A DNA stretch of 63,216 nt, the filler included, from Octopus bimaculoides (taxonomy: Eukaryota): the NCBI RefSeq assembly GCF_001194135.2. It is 5 parts of 5 records of this genome, joined end to end, with 100 filler letters (N's around TTAATTAATTAA, not from the genome) between each part and the next. Parts side by side here need not be neighbours in the genome. Positions count along the whole stretch, not along the records: positions 1 to 29,270 come from NC_068983.1; positions 29,371 to 38,516 come from NC_068997.1; 3 more parts are not named here. One strand, written 5' to 3'. Under the pieces are notes generated by a model. It did no database searches. It was not told the origin of the DNA and saw nothing but the letters and a program-made list of their open reading frames with translations. Position numbers and translations under genes: made by a program. Positions 26,067 to 38,254 of this stretch are shown piece after piece. Numbering within the stretch: position 1 is the stretch's first letter; each line of letters starts with the position of its first letter.

Positions 26067-26435
26067 TTAAGGAATGGAGTGAACGCATGTTATAACTGCA
26101 TACTTTATTCCGACATATGTTTCGAAGAATTACAAATTATGCGATCCATAGGAATCGTCGATGTTAAAACTGTAAACTTCTCCTCAGGGAAATGTATGGG
26201 AACCATCTTAAACTTAAGACATTATGACCGAGTATGAGAACTATAGTTGGATAAGGTTATAACGTAATTCATTTGAAAAAACCGTTAGAGATGTGGACGC
26301 TACCAGATAGTACGTTGGACAAGAAAGAAAGAGAAAAGAAAAATTGTAGAGAGGAATGTTATGTAATAAAAATGCATTATAAATGGGGTTAATACTGTGT
26401 TTCTGTGTTCACTCCATTCCTTAAATTTATATATA
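26056..26435. mobile_element. Inverted pair of Penelope/retrozyme-type terminal repeats
   Basis: Perfect 29-bp inverted repeat tatatataaatttaaggaatggagtgaac (26056-26084) / gttcactccattccttaaatttatatata (26407-26435). Weaker homology extends inward (aataaagtatgcagttata versus aataaaaatgcattata). The left copy carries the hammerhead. Confidence 0.65.
26108..26191 (-). ncRNA. Type I hammerhead ribozyme with canonical core
   Basis: Minus strand: UUCC-CUGAGGA-GAAG(U)UUACAG...UUGUAA(UU)CUUC-GAAAC-AUAU-GUC-GGAA. Stem I UUCC/GGAA; stem II GAAG/CUUC extended by UUACAG/UUGUAA with an apical hairpin CGAUUC-CUAU-GGAUCG; stem III AC/GU within the palindrome ACAUAUGU; GUC cleavage triplet. Confidence 0.8.
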
Positions 26436-28494
26436 CTCAAATACCCAAAATATCAAGGAGTTTCTGCCTCACAAACAGGAATTACACCACAGTTATTTTG
26501 TGATCTTTGCTACCCTGGTTTCTATTAACCCATTTATTCTATCCGAATTATTATTAATTAGGATAAAATAAATACATATAATTAAATATATATATATATA
26601 TATANNNNNNNNNNNNNNNNNNNNNNNNNNNNNNNNNNNNNNNNNNNNNNNNNNNNNNNNNNNNNNNNNNNNNNNNNNNNNNNNNNNNNNNNNNNNNNNN
26701 NNNNNNNNNNNNNNNNNNNNNNNNNNNNNNNNNNNNNNNNNNNNNNNNNNNNNNNNNNNNNNNNNNNNNNNNNNNNNNNNNNNNNNNNNNNNNNNNNNNN
26801 NNNNNNNNNNNNNNNNNNNNNNNNNNNNNNNNNNNNNNNNNNNNNNNNNNNNNNNNNNNNNNNNNNNNNNNNNNNNNNNNNNNNNNNNNNNNNNNNNNNN
26901 NNNNNCCTCATTATACGTGACTTACTTCGCATTGCAAGGATATTGTAGAGATCCCTACGCTTTTTTAAAGAACACCTTCGACTGTTATATGCATAGTGTT
27001 CTTATTTTTATTTTATTTTATTTTTATTTATTTAAAAATATTTTGTAAACAAATTTAATCGTTTTTATGGATGGTTCGATATATTATGAATGTATTTTGA
27101 CAAATGTTTGCTATTATACACTCTGCAATTTAAAAAAAAAAGTTGTCTGAATATATACATTAAGACCTAAAAGCTTTTTTATTTGGATGTATGTATTGTA
27201 GCAATGCATATGTATTCGTATGTGTGCAACCATGCTTATGTATAGCGCCTATGTTTATACTTGTGCACATATATACATGGTTTCGTGTCCGTGCGTCTTT
27301 GTATATGCGTGGGTAAGAGTGTATGCTTATATTTAAACATACATGCATATATTCGTGTGTGTGCTTCCATGTTACATATGAGAATGTGCGCTCATGTTAA
27401 TACACATACATGCTTGAATGTGTGCATACACATGTATACAACTATATTTGTGTGTATTCGCGTACATATTCCTATATATCTATATACGTGATGCTAATAT
27501 ACATTTTTGTATAGACATATATACGTAATCCAATTTTGTGAGCGTTTGTTATATACGCTCCTTTTTTCTTCTTTCCTACTTTCTCTTTCCTTCTCTATTT
27601 CATTCTTCCCTACTTTCTTTCCTTCTCTATTTCTTTCTTTCTTTCATTCTTTCTGTCTTTCTTTCCTCACGCAAACCATGCTTTCTCCCTATCTGCATTA
27701 GTAACGTCATCATCTATACACTACTCTTTTCAACCCTTATTTCCCCACTCCAAAAGTTTAAGATACACTTGCTTATTCCAACGCTGAACAATTTATGCGA
27801 GCATGATTGCGTGCATATATGTATATATATATACATATGTATTCGTGCATGTGTTTATGTCTTACAAATATATTCCTACATACATATGTTCTCCGTACGT
27901 ATTTTGATGTATATACGGGTCGTATGTATGTTGTAGACTGGTGTGCGTATATACTGTTCTAAAATGTTTATTTTATATTTAATACAGTGTAAAATTTATT
28001 TTAATTTTAATGTGTCAATTGAGCGATAATTCGAATATAATTATTTGCAATATGTATTTTGAACCCACTTTTCAATTTAAGGTTTTCTTTGATTTTTTTA
28101 AAACATACGATGAATCATTATTGTATATTGAACTCATTTGTTTTTGTTATCTTGTTCATTGCATACCTAAGACAGTTATTTGAAACTACCAATGAAACAG
28201 ACCCATGTGTTTTATTTTTATATTAGTCTTGATTGCATCGTCATTTCACTCACATTTCTAACAAAACTGTCCGATGAACGGCAAACTGTGAGTAACAGAT
28301 TTTTGTTATATTTCTACTGCTTTTAAACAAAGCATATTACCTTACTCTGGAATTTGAGTACTCTTTTTTCCAACTTGTTGCACATTNNNNNNNNNNNNNN
28401 NNNNNNNNNNNNNNNNNNNNNNNNNNNNNNNNNNNNNNNNNNNNNNNNNNNNNNNNNNNNNNNNNNNNNNNNNNNNNNNNNNNNNNNNNNNNNN

Positions 28495-29270
28495 GCCACT
28501 ACATTCCTCCATGGTAAGGTTTCATTTGTGTATACAAATTTAATTTGCGGTCCATGGGAAGAGCCGTTTTAGCGATGCGTCCTGCCTAGCTCTTCGAAAC
28601 GCCGGTGTTAAAACGGGGGTAGCTGATGAAGAAGAATGTTCTCTATGTGGCTTGTGTGTTTTCTCGTCTACGTTTTGTTTGCAATGTCCTGTACCCAGAT
28701 ATGCACCTATACATACAGGTGGATGTCGGTAGGCACATACCTGTACGTATATACGCATATACTCATTTACTATTTGTTTTTACATGACCGAATGCAGCGT
28801 CACCAATATGTAAGTAGTTTTCGCAACTTTATATTTTCCGACGCTACTCTCTCTTTCTCTTTCTCTTCCTCTTCATTTTTCCCCCTCACGTTCTTCCTCT
28901 GCTTACTACTACGTATCTCCTTTTCCCACCTCGTACTTCCTCTCTTCCTCTTTTCCTCTCGTTGCTCACCTATTCTTCTACTTCCTCCCTTTGTTTCTCC
29001 CTCTACCACTTTCTCTCTCTTCTCCTTACACCGGCATGGTTACATGCTTCCGGTCAATAATCCTTTTCTTCCTTGGCTATCACCGAGCAAACACGCGAAC
29101 TTACTTCGTCCCCACTTTCAAGTTCGTGCCTCACAGCGTTCATAGACAAATAATTTTTCCCGTTTGGCCGTATAGCCTTTTCTGTTTGTTTTCCTGTCTT
29201 GTTTTTTGTCCGCCACTACATTCCTCCATGAAAAGGTTTAATTTGTGAATACAAATTTAATTTGCGGTCC
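28495..29270 (+). repeat. 59-bp direct repeat with 717-bp period (tandem unit or pseudo-LTR-like ends)
   Basis: gccactacattcctccatg..aaggttt.atttgtg.atacaaatttaatttgcggtcc at 28495-28553 and 29212-29270 (4 mismatches). Both copies abut gaps. Confidence 0.75.
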
Positions 29271-29314
29271 NNNNNNNNNNNNNNNNNNNNNNNNNNNNNN
29301 NNNNNNNNNNNNNN

Positions 29315-29326
29315 TTAATTAATTAA
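29315..29326. other. Assembly gap linker TTAATTAATTAA (also at 38561-38572, 44387-44398, 60376-60387)
   Basis: The identical 12-mer, which has stops in all six frames, is embedded in symmetric N runs at four places. Confidence 0.95.
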
Positions 29327-29394
29327 NNNNNNNNNNNNNNNNNNNNNNNNNNNNNNNNNNNNNNNNNNNNAAAAAAAAAAAAAAAAAAAAAAAA

Positions 29395-29975
29395 AAACAG
29401 GGCGGGTTAAGGCCCAATGTTTACGCAGGTATGCAAAGTGAAACAAACTTTACAGACAAAATAAGATATTCAAAACTGATGGTAAGAAATTCTACAGAGA
29501 GATAGAGAAATAGTCGATCAAAATAAAAGACCTGCGTGATATGAAAGAAGTAGTGACATTTTGGAAAAGTATATGGTGCGATAGAAAGGAATTTAAGAAG
29601 GAAGCTGAATGGGTAGAGAAAGAAGAAAGGATATATACCACACAACGGCTACGAGCCTTTGCAGAATGTGTAGAAAGAGGGCCGAAAGCGTGGCTCACGT
29701 ATTAGTGCTTGTGAAAATCTTGCGCAGAAAGAGTACAAGCGTACATACGACAAAGTAGCTCAAAACCTGCACTCTCTACTATGTCAGAAGTGTAGATAAT
29801 AGGTAACGGGTGCTTTGTACCAACATACACCGGAAAACGTAATGGACGAAAAGAGAAGGCAAAAATCCTCTGGGACTTGGAACTTTGACTTCCAGACAGG
29901 CAAAGTTCTAGAGCACCGAAGACCGAATATAGTAACGTTTAGGAGGGACAAACACGAGTGCCTAATAACCGACGT
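29395..29975 (+). mobile_element. R4/Dong-like relic with the whole RT deleted
   Basis: KAQCLRRYAK..YRQNKIFKTDGKKFYREI...FWKSIW...AEWV (pre-RT) is joined near 29635 to CRMC...ESVAHVLSAC..LAQKEYKR (CCHC) and KILWD..FDFQTGKVLEHRRPNIV (REL). Confidence 0.8.
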
Positions 29976-29983
29976 AGTAATTT

Positions 29984-30062
29984 GAACTCAATCGGAGTGA
30001 CGGGTGAAATGCCGCTAAGCATTCCGTCAAGCGTTATAACGATTCTGCCAGCCCGCCATCTT
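29984..30062 (-). mobile_element. SINE family A head fragment
   Basis: tttgaactca...gaaatgccgctaagcatt...aacgattctgccagc, matching the 57520-57598 head. Confidence 0.65.
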
Positions 30063-30219
30063 AATGTGCACACGTTAATATTTATAAGCAACACAAATAA
30101 TGACTACACGACACATGTACACACACGAAAATTAAAAGAAAAAATACGTGTCAAGAGAGACACCGTACCAAACAAAAACAAAGCGACTTCCCACAAACGA
30201 GTATAAAAAGGAGCAAATT

Positions 30220-30710
30220 AAAACATAACCAAACAGTCATGCCAGGAAACATAACTACCGAAAAAAATAGAGGCGATTTTCGATCTGTCAGCGTACAATA
30301 TGTTAAATATATTCACTCGAAGAACAAGGAAGCAATGTCAGATCAAAAAGTCAACCTTAAACAAACAAACCCGTCTCCTATTGTCATTGTCAATGCCTTA
30401 ATGACAAGCCAAAACTCATACCAGTTCGGTCATCATCCGGGACAACAAGGACCGCGTTACTCAGTGGGGAACCAGACTGGAGACGAAAGTCTGTTGCTGC
30501 AACAAACTCTCTAAAAATCGACCTACTAATTAACCAGATCCCAAATAATCCTAACCCTAGACCTGTAGTGATACCGCCAAAAGCATCACCTAAAGCAAAA
30601 CGCATAAAATGGACTAGAGAGGACTATAGGGATGCGCTGAAAGCTTTCTATACAGCCCAACTAAAGCCAAACAATAATCTCATAGTACAAGCTTACATTT
30701 CCTGGTGAAA
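30220..30710 (+). mobile_element. 5' part of an R4/Dong-like ORF
   Basis: RIKWTREDYRDALKAFYTAQLKP..N...AYISW resembles the N-terminal KWT.E.Y..V..AYY.A motif I recall for this clade. Confidence 0.55.
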
Positions 30711-33700
30711 CATATTAAAGAAAACGTTTTTTCATATGTTGGTCTGGTAGTTTCTTGTAGGTAGGCATTGATCTTGGGCTGCTATGATAAACCNNNNNNN
30801 NNNNNNNNNNNNNNNNNNNNNNNNNNNNNNNNNNNNNNNNNNNNNNNNNNNNNNNNNNNNNNNNNNNNNNNNNNNNNNNNNNNNNNNNNNNNNTATCTAC
30901 ACCCACATCTATCCATCCACATATATACGTATACATATGCATATATATATAGATATATAGATATAGATAGATATATACATATACATACATACACACAGAC
31001 ATAGACATGCATTCCTACATACAACATGTGCATGTGTAAGCATTTCTAGCGTACATGTGTGCGTATATAAGTGTACATGTGTTAATGCATGTGAGCGCCG
31101 ACGATGCGCTACTGTATGAATTTACAGGTGTCAGTGTACGTCCATGCAAAGCTATAATACGTTTGCACACGCGCGCGCATACACACATACATATGTACCA
31201 GCAAACGTATGTATGCCTTTCGATGTATGTCTGCTATCATCAAATGTCTGAAGTCAAATGGTGGAGGGGGGGGGAAGGAGAGTAAGATAAAGAGATGGAG
31301 AGTGGGAGACGTGCTCTTCATATCATAGACGATCAATAATTAGACGTCCACTCACTGCTCTGTAAATTCATTTGGTTTNNNNNNNNNNNNNNNNNNNNNN
31401 NNNNNNNNNNNNNNNNNNNNNNNNNNNNNNNNNNNNNNNNNNNNNNNNNNNNNNNNNNNNNNNNNNNNNNNNNNNNNNNNNNNNNNNNNNNNNNNNNNNN
31501 NNNNNNNNNNNNNNNNNNNNNNNNNNNNNNNNNNNNNNNNNNNNNNNNNNNNNNNNNNNNNNNNNNNNNNNNNNNNNNNNNNNNNNNNNNNNNNNNNNNN
31601 NNNNNNNNNNNNNNNNNNNNNNNNNNNNNNNNNNNNNNNNNNNNNNNNNNNNNNNNNNNNNNNNNNNNNNNNNNNNNNNNNNNNNNNNNNNNNNNNNNNN
31701 NNNNNNNNNNNNNNNNNNNNNNNNNNNNNNNNNNNNNNNNNNNNNNNNNNNNNNNNNNNNNNNNNNNNNNNNNNNNNNNNNNNNNNNNNNNNNNNNNNNN
31801 NNNNNNNNNNNNNNNNNNNNNNNNNNNNNNNNNNNNNNNNNNNNNNNNNNNNNNNNNNNNNNNNNNNNNNNNNNNNNNNNNNNNNNNNNNNNNNNNNNNN
31901 NNNNNNNNNNNNNNNNNNNNNNNNNNNNNNNNNNNNNNNNNNNNNNNNNNNNNNNNNNNNNNNNNNNNNNNNNNNNNNNNNNNNNNNNNNNNNNNNNNNN
32001 NNNNNNNNNNNNNNNNNNNNNNNNNNNNNNNNNNNNNNNNNNNNNNNNNNNNNNNNNNNNNNNNNNNNNNNNNNNNNNNNNNNNNNNNNNNNNNNNNNNN
32101 NNNNNNNNNNNNNNNNNNNNNNNNNNNNNNNNNNNNNNNNNNNNNNNNNNNNNNNNNNNNNNNNNNNNNNNNNNNNNNNNNNNNNNNNNNNNNNNNNNNN
32201 NNNNNNNNNNNNNNNNNNNNNNNNNNNNNNNNNNNNNNNNNNNNNNNNNNNNNNNNNNNNNNNNNNNNNNNNNNNNNNNNNNNNNNNNNNNNNNNNNNNN
32301 NNNNNNNNNNNNNNNNNNNNATATATAATGTATATATATATATATATATACATACATTTAGATTTATTCACACATAGATATGTGTGTATGTGTGTGTGTG
32401 TGTGTGTTCATCGTGTATATATATGAATGTCTATAACTGACAGACCGAAGGATAGACACACAGACGGACACTGAAAATAGAGACACCGTTGATTCACTTA
32501 ACATCTCACCTCCTCTCATTCAATCTTGTTCCATTTCTAACAACCAGCAATACTGGCACTTCTTTCATAAACTCTGCTTACCTCATCACACGTCTTTCCC
32601 TCTTCAACCAACTGCCGACTCCCGTTTATCCATGATTGAAGCCACTTCCTTTCAAATCAAACCGTCCAGCAATACTTTCCCCACGCTCTACCTTACATTT
32701 TCCCCGACTATCTCGTCCCCCTTCGCTAAATCAACTTCAAACCTCATTTCTTTCTAAACTTATTTCACCCCACCAAATCTATCTTCTTTCTCTTTTTTCA
32801 CACTGTCTCCCTTTCCTTCCTTACTCCCCCCCCCCATTCTTATTCCATCTCATCTTTTTCACTTCTTCCCTTTTCCTTGATGTTCAACAGTTAATATCGC
32901 TATACGACCGGCCTTTTCCCGTGTAACTCTCTTGCGTTAAGAGGTTATTATGTCCGCTGGCAACTGGTGTTTGTGAAATGTGTTGGTGTATAGGAATGTA
33001 TGATGGATGTAGTCGGGGGCTGTGTTTGTATACGGTGCAACTGGTGGTTCACGTTGCCTTCTGGCTAAGTTCTTCATCCAAAAGGCTTTTGGCTGACTAG
33101 CTGACTGGCTGGCTGGCTGGCTGGTTGGCTGGCTGGTTGTTCTATGCCTCTAACTAGTTGGTCATATCTTGGACACATACATGTACACAAATACATACAT
33201 ACATACATACATACATACATACATACACTTTTGTTATTTACACCACCTGTCCTCGTCTGTTGTNNNNNNNNNNNNNNNNNNNNNNNNNNNNNNNNNNNNN
33301 NNNNNNNNNNNNNNNNNNNNNNNNNNNNNNNNNNNNNNNNNNNNNNNNNNNNNNNNNNNNNNNNNNNNNNNNNNNNNNNNNNNNNNNNNNNNNNNNNNNN
33401 NNNNNNNNNNNNNNNNNNNNNNNNNNNNNNNNNNNNNNNNNNNNNNNNNNNNNNNNNNNNNNNNNNNNNNNNNNNNNNNNNNNNNNNNNNNNNNNNNNNN
33501 NNNNNNNNNNNNNNNNNNNNNNNNNNNNNNNNNNNNNNNNNNNNNNNNNNNNNNNNNNNNNNNNNNNNNNNNNNNNNNNNNNNNNNNNNNNNNNNNNNNN
33601 NNNNNNNNNNNNNNNNNNNNNNNNNNNNNNNNNNNNNNNNNNNNNNNNNNNNNNNNNNNNNNNNNNNNNNNNNNNNNNNNNNNNNNNNNNNNNNNNNNNN

Positions 33701-33964
33701 NNNNNNNNNNNNNNNNNNNNNNNNNNNNNNNNNNNNNNNNNNNNNNNNNNNNNNNNNNNNNNNNNNNNNNNNNNNNNNNNNNNNNNNNNNNNNNNNNNNN
33801 NNNNNNNNNNNNNNNNNNNNNNNNNNNNNNNNNNNNNNNNNNNNNNNNNNNNNNNNNNNNNNNNNNNNNNNNNNNNNNNNNNNNNNNNNNNNNNNNNNNN
33901 NNNNNNNNNNNNNNNNNNNNNNNNNNNNNNNNNCTATTTTATAGTGTGTGTTATATTCATACAG

Positions 33965-34330
33965 AGGCTCCACTGGAGCCTCTGTAAGCTCTATGGATTA
34001 GAAATACATGAAAAATAGTTTGACCACAAGAAAAGAACCAATGATGAAGAAGAACGGTGCTCAAATTCTGCAGGAATTTAGTATAGAAAGGGATATAGTG
34101 ATCAAGAATAGGCTAACGAGCATCATGTTAATGATCTAAGAATCGCACGAATCTTTTATTGTCGATAGAACCAGGTGGCCATAATATAGCAGCTAAGGAA
34201 ATCAAAGAGATTACCAGTTTTGCAAAGCTGAAGGTGGACCTAAAATGAATGTAGAACACCTCTACTAAAATTATTCCAGGAGTAAAAGAAAAGCTGAGGT
34301 CAAACTCAAAGGAACTTATGAGATTCTTTC
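33965..34330 (+). mobile_element. R4/Dong-like REL-domain fragment
   Basis: LHWSLCKLYGLEIHEK*FDH...AQILQEFSIERDIVIKNR matches LHW.LC...KWY.H...KILWDF.IQTD.VI.HRRPD. Confidence 0.65.
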
Positions 34331-34349
34331 GCTTAAAATCAAATATATC

Positions 34350-35520
34350 GTTGTGAGGTAAGTAGCTTGCTTACCAACCACATGGTTCCGGGTTCATTCC
34401 CACTGCGTGGCACCTTGGGCAAGTGTCTTCTGCTATAGCCTCGGGCCGACCAAGCCTTGTGAGTGGATTTGGTAGACGGAAACTGAAAGAAGCCTGTCGT
34501 ATATATGCATATATATGTGTGTGTGTGTGTGTGTTTGTGTGTCTGTGTTTGTCCCACCAACATCGCTTGACAACCGATGGTGGTGTGTTTNNNNNNNNNN
34601 NNNNNNNNNNNNNNNNNNNNNNNNNNNNNNNNNNNNNNNNNNNNNNNNNNNNNNNNNNNNNNNNNNNNNNNNNNNNNNNNNNNNNNNNNNNNNNNNNNNN
34701 NNNNNNNNNNNNNNNNNNNNNNNNNNNNNNNNNNNNNNNNNNNNNNNNNNNNNNNNNNNNNNNNNNNNNNNNNNNNNNNNNNNNNNNNNNNNNNNNNNNN
34801 NNNNNNNNNNNNNNNNNNNNNNNNNNNNNNNNNNNNNNNNNNNNNNNNNNNNNNNNNNNNNNNNNNNNNNNNNNNNNNNNNNNNNNNNNNNNNNNNNNNN
34901 NNNNNNNNNNNNNNNNNNNNNNNNNNNNNNNNNNNNNNNNNNNNNNNNNNNNNNNNNNNNNNNNNNNNNNNNNNNNNNNNNNNNNNNNNNNNNNNNNNNN
35001 NNNNNNNNNNNNNNNNNNNNNNNNNNNNNNNNNNNNNNNNNNNNNNNNNNNNNNNNNNNNNNNNNNNNNNNNNNNNNNNNNNNNNNNNNNNNNNNNNNNN
35101 NNNNNNNNNNNNNNNNNNNNNNNNNNNNNNNNNNNNNNNNNNNNNNNNNNNNNNNNNNNNNNNNNNNNNNNNNNNNNNNNNNNNNNNNNNNNNNNNNNNN
35201 NNNNNNNNNNNNNNNNNNNNNNNNNNNNNNNNNNNNNNNNNNNNNNNNNNNNNNNNNNNNNNNNNNNNNNNNNNNNNNNNNNNNNNNNNNNNNNNNNNNN
35301 NNNNNNNNNNNNNNNNNNNNNNNNNNNNNNNNNNNNNNNNNNNNNNNNNNNNNNNNNNNNNNNNNNNNNNNNNNNNNNNNNNNNNNNNNNNNNNNNNNNN
35401 NNNNNNNNNNNNNNNNNNNNNNNNNNNNNNNNNNNNNNNNNNNNNNNNNNNNNNNNNNNNNNNNNNNNNNCCAGGATGGCCACAATCAAATGACTGAAAC
35501 AAGTAAAAGAGTAAAAGAGT
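34350..35520 (+). mobile_element. tRNA-like SINE family B (well preserved, split by a gap)
   Basis: gtaagtagcttgcttaccaaccacatggttccgggttcattcccactgcgtggcaccttgggcaag... with B box GGTTCATTCCC and an internal (TA)/(TG) tract. The 3' end ccaggatggccacaatcaaatgactgaaacaagtaaaagagtaaaagag follows the gap. Confidence 0.85.
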
Positions 35521-35632
35521 ATGTATATATATATATATATATACATATATATACATACGTACATACATACGTACATACATATATACATATACTATATACA
35601 ATCGAATGACTGAATTAATTAAAAGAATAAAA

Positions 35633-35675
<43 letters not shown>

Positions 35676-35676
<1 letters not shown>

Positions 35677-35870
35677 GACAATATACAAATAATAACAACA
35701 GACGAGGACAGGTGGTGTAAATAACAAAAGTATATATTAGTATGACGCTCGGTAATACGGAAAGTCTTTGACGTTTCGAGCTACGCTCTTCAACAGAAAG
35801 AATACGGAGACAAGGAGAAAAACACGGAGAAAAAAAATTGAATAGTGTTCAGTCAACGGTCAATCATAAT
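35676..35870 (-). mobile_element. Short repeat carrying a hammerhead-like motif (copy 1)
   Basis: Homologous to 43400-43570 and to 33227-33263 (inverted). The 3' end runs into (TA)n. Motif at 35765-35801. Confidence 0.7.
35765..35801 (-). ncRNA. Minimal hammerhead-like motif with variant core CUGUUGA
   Basis: UCUUU-CUGUUGA-A-GAGC-GUA-GCUC-GAA-ACGU-C-AAAGA: perfect 5-bp stem I, 4-bp stem II, palindromic ACGU stem III, and an A6-to-U deviation. Confidence 0.55.
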
Positions 35871-36563
35871 AATGTATATACATACATACATACACTCACA
35901 CACACGAGTAAGCACATAAATGCAAAGCAAGGTGGAAAAATAGTGCTTGAGTACTGAAGATAGAGTAGTATGATTCTTTTTTATTATTAAAGCTGCAAAA
36001 ACATCACAAAAACTGTCACTCAGAGTTTCACATTTCATTTCGTCAGACAGTTGCGATCAAGACTATGTGTCTGTTTGTGTGTGTGTGTTTGTGTTTATGA
36101 GTGTGTGTGTGTGTATAATAAAGTGAGCGATGTATACACAGGTGGGTAAATGATGGATGGTTAGGAAGGCATAAAGGTGGAAAGGCAGGTGGGTATATTT
36201 GAACCCTGGTGGCTGATTGAAGTTTGTTCAATCAGCCACCAGGGTTCAAACTGTTGATTGCTGTAGCATGAGTCACGGCAGCCAATTCTCTTTTGCTTGA
36301 TTACATTCGAGATTATGTAGACTAGAGAGAAAAATCACTTTAACATCTTCATATTGAGGTGAAAAGAAGTGGGAGGAAGAGTGTGTGTGTGTGAGTGTCA
36401 GAGTGAGGGAAGGAGGAGCCGAATGAAGGCGTGAAAGCGTGAGGGCGAGTGGGAGAGTGGGAGAATGGTAATGTGAGGGAATGGAAGAGAGGGAATGGGA
36501 TTGAAAAGGGTACTGCACAGTGATGCTGCGGGAGGGTGTGTGGTTGTGTAAATGCGAAATAGC

Positions 36564-36603
<40 letters not shown>

Positions 36604-37096
36604 NNNNNNNNNNNNNNNNNNNNNNNNNNNNNNNNNNNNNNNNNNNNNNNNNNNNNNNNNNNNNNNNNNNNNNNNNNNNNNNNNNNNNNNNNNNNNNNNN
36701 NNNNNNNNNNNNNNNNNNNNNNNNNNNNNNNNNNNNNNNNNNNNNNNNNNNNNNNNNNNNNNNNNNNNNNNNNNNNNNNNNNNNNNNNNNNNNNNNNNNN
36801 NNNNNNNNNNNNNNNNNNNNNNNNNNNNNNNNNNNNNNNNNNNNNNNNNNNNNNNNNNNNNNNNNNNNNNNNNNNNNNNNNNNNNNNNNNNNNNNNNNNN
36901 NNNNNNNNNNNNNNNNNNNNNNNNNNNNNNNNNNNNNNNNNNNNNNNNNNNNNNNNNNNNNNNNNNNNNNNNNNNNNNNNNNNNNNNNNNNNNGAGAGAG
37001 AGAGAGAGAGAGAGAGAGTGGGGGATAGAGAGAGAGATTGAGAGAGAGAGAGAAAGGAACAGAGAGAGAAAGAGAGAAAGAGAAAGAGATAGAAAG

Positions 37097-37141
<45 letters not shown>

Positions 37142-37195
37142 TAGCGAGTGATGGAAAATGAGAAAGAGTAAGATTTAGAGACATAGAGGGAGAAA

Positions 37196-37237
<42 letters not shown>

Positions 37238-38254
37238 NNNNNNNNNNGGGACGATGAAGAAAAGAGGAGAGAGAAATAGATAGATAGATAGAGAGATAGA
37301 GAGAGAGAGAGAGACAGAGAGAGATTAAGAGAGATATGAAGCAAAGGAGAGTGAGAGAGAGGGAGAACGAGAGGAAAGATGGGAGAGAGAGAGATGTGGT
37401 GTGGGTGATTTTCTTAAAATCTTCATTAAAAACCAGTTATTTGGCGGACGACTAAATTGTAGTCTGAGATTGGATAAGATTTAGAGGCCGAGGGAGTGGT
37501 GTTTGTTGTATTAGTAATGATGGTGGCGGCGGCGGTGGAGGGGGTGATGGTGGCGATGGTGGTGAGGATGACGATGTCGGTAGTGGTGGTGTTAACTGTG
37601 GTTGGGAATGGTAAGAACGGAACGAATGAATCACACATAAGCGTTAAACTTGTTACAATATTGTTAGAGACGGTGTAATTGTTGTTGTAGCTGTAATTGT
37701 TGAAGTGGGTTGCTGTTATATTGGTTGCAAATAGTAGTAGTAACAATAATAATAATAATAATAATGATGATGATGATGATGATGATGACGATGATGATGG
37801 GATGATGATGATAATAATAATAATAATAATAATGATAATAATAATTTTGATGCCGTTTTCATTTGTTTTTTGTTGCACTTGTTGCTTGTAATCATACAGT
37901 GACGGATTTTGTGATATCGCAATGAGTATTATTGCTGTCGCTGTTGGTGTTTTGAGTGTTGCCGCTGGGATTCTAGAGACTGTCCTGTGTACGAGGAAGT
38001 GCTGAAAATGTTCCTGGTTTTGGGTCAGAGAAAACAGAGGAGAATCAGTTCCTTATAATTTTGTTCAACATATTCCCTACTCAGATCCACACACTTATTG
38101 CAGGGGTCTTTCAGGTTTTCTAAGCCCTGAAAAAGAACTCGGAAGGTTAGACCTCTGACCAGGTCTTTTCGTGATAACCTTAAAGCCACGAACATTTCAG
38201 CACCGCTTCGTATATGAAGTTATTACTGGAGTGATGTGTTGTTTAGCCGGCGAA

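Noticed and set aside
28585-28640. GAAACG ... CTGATGA as a hammerhead
   Set aside because: With GAAA upstream, stems III and I would both have to fit before CUGAUGA; no stem I can form.
33964-33982. 9-bp palindrome gaggctcca-c-tggagcctc
   Set aside because: It lies at the 5' junction of a Dong fragment with a 1-nt loop; likely junction fold-back or chance.
31352-37344. Long ORFs of 270-460 aa in the ORF track
   Set aside because: They are read-throughs of N gaps and microsatellites, with no coding information.
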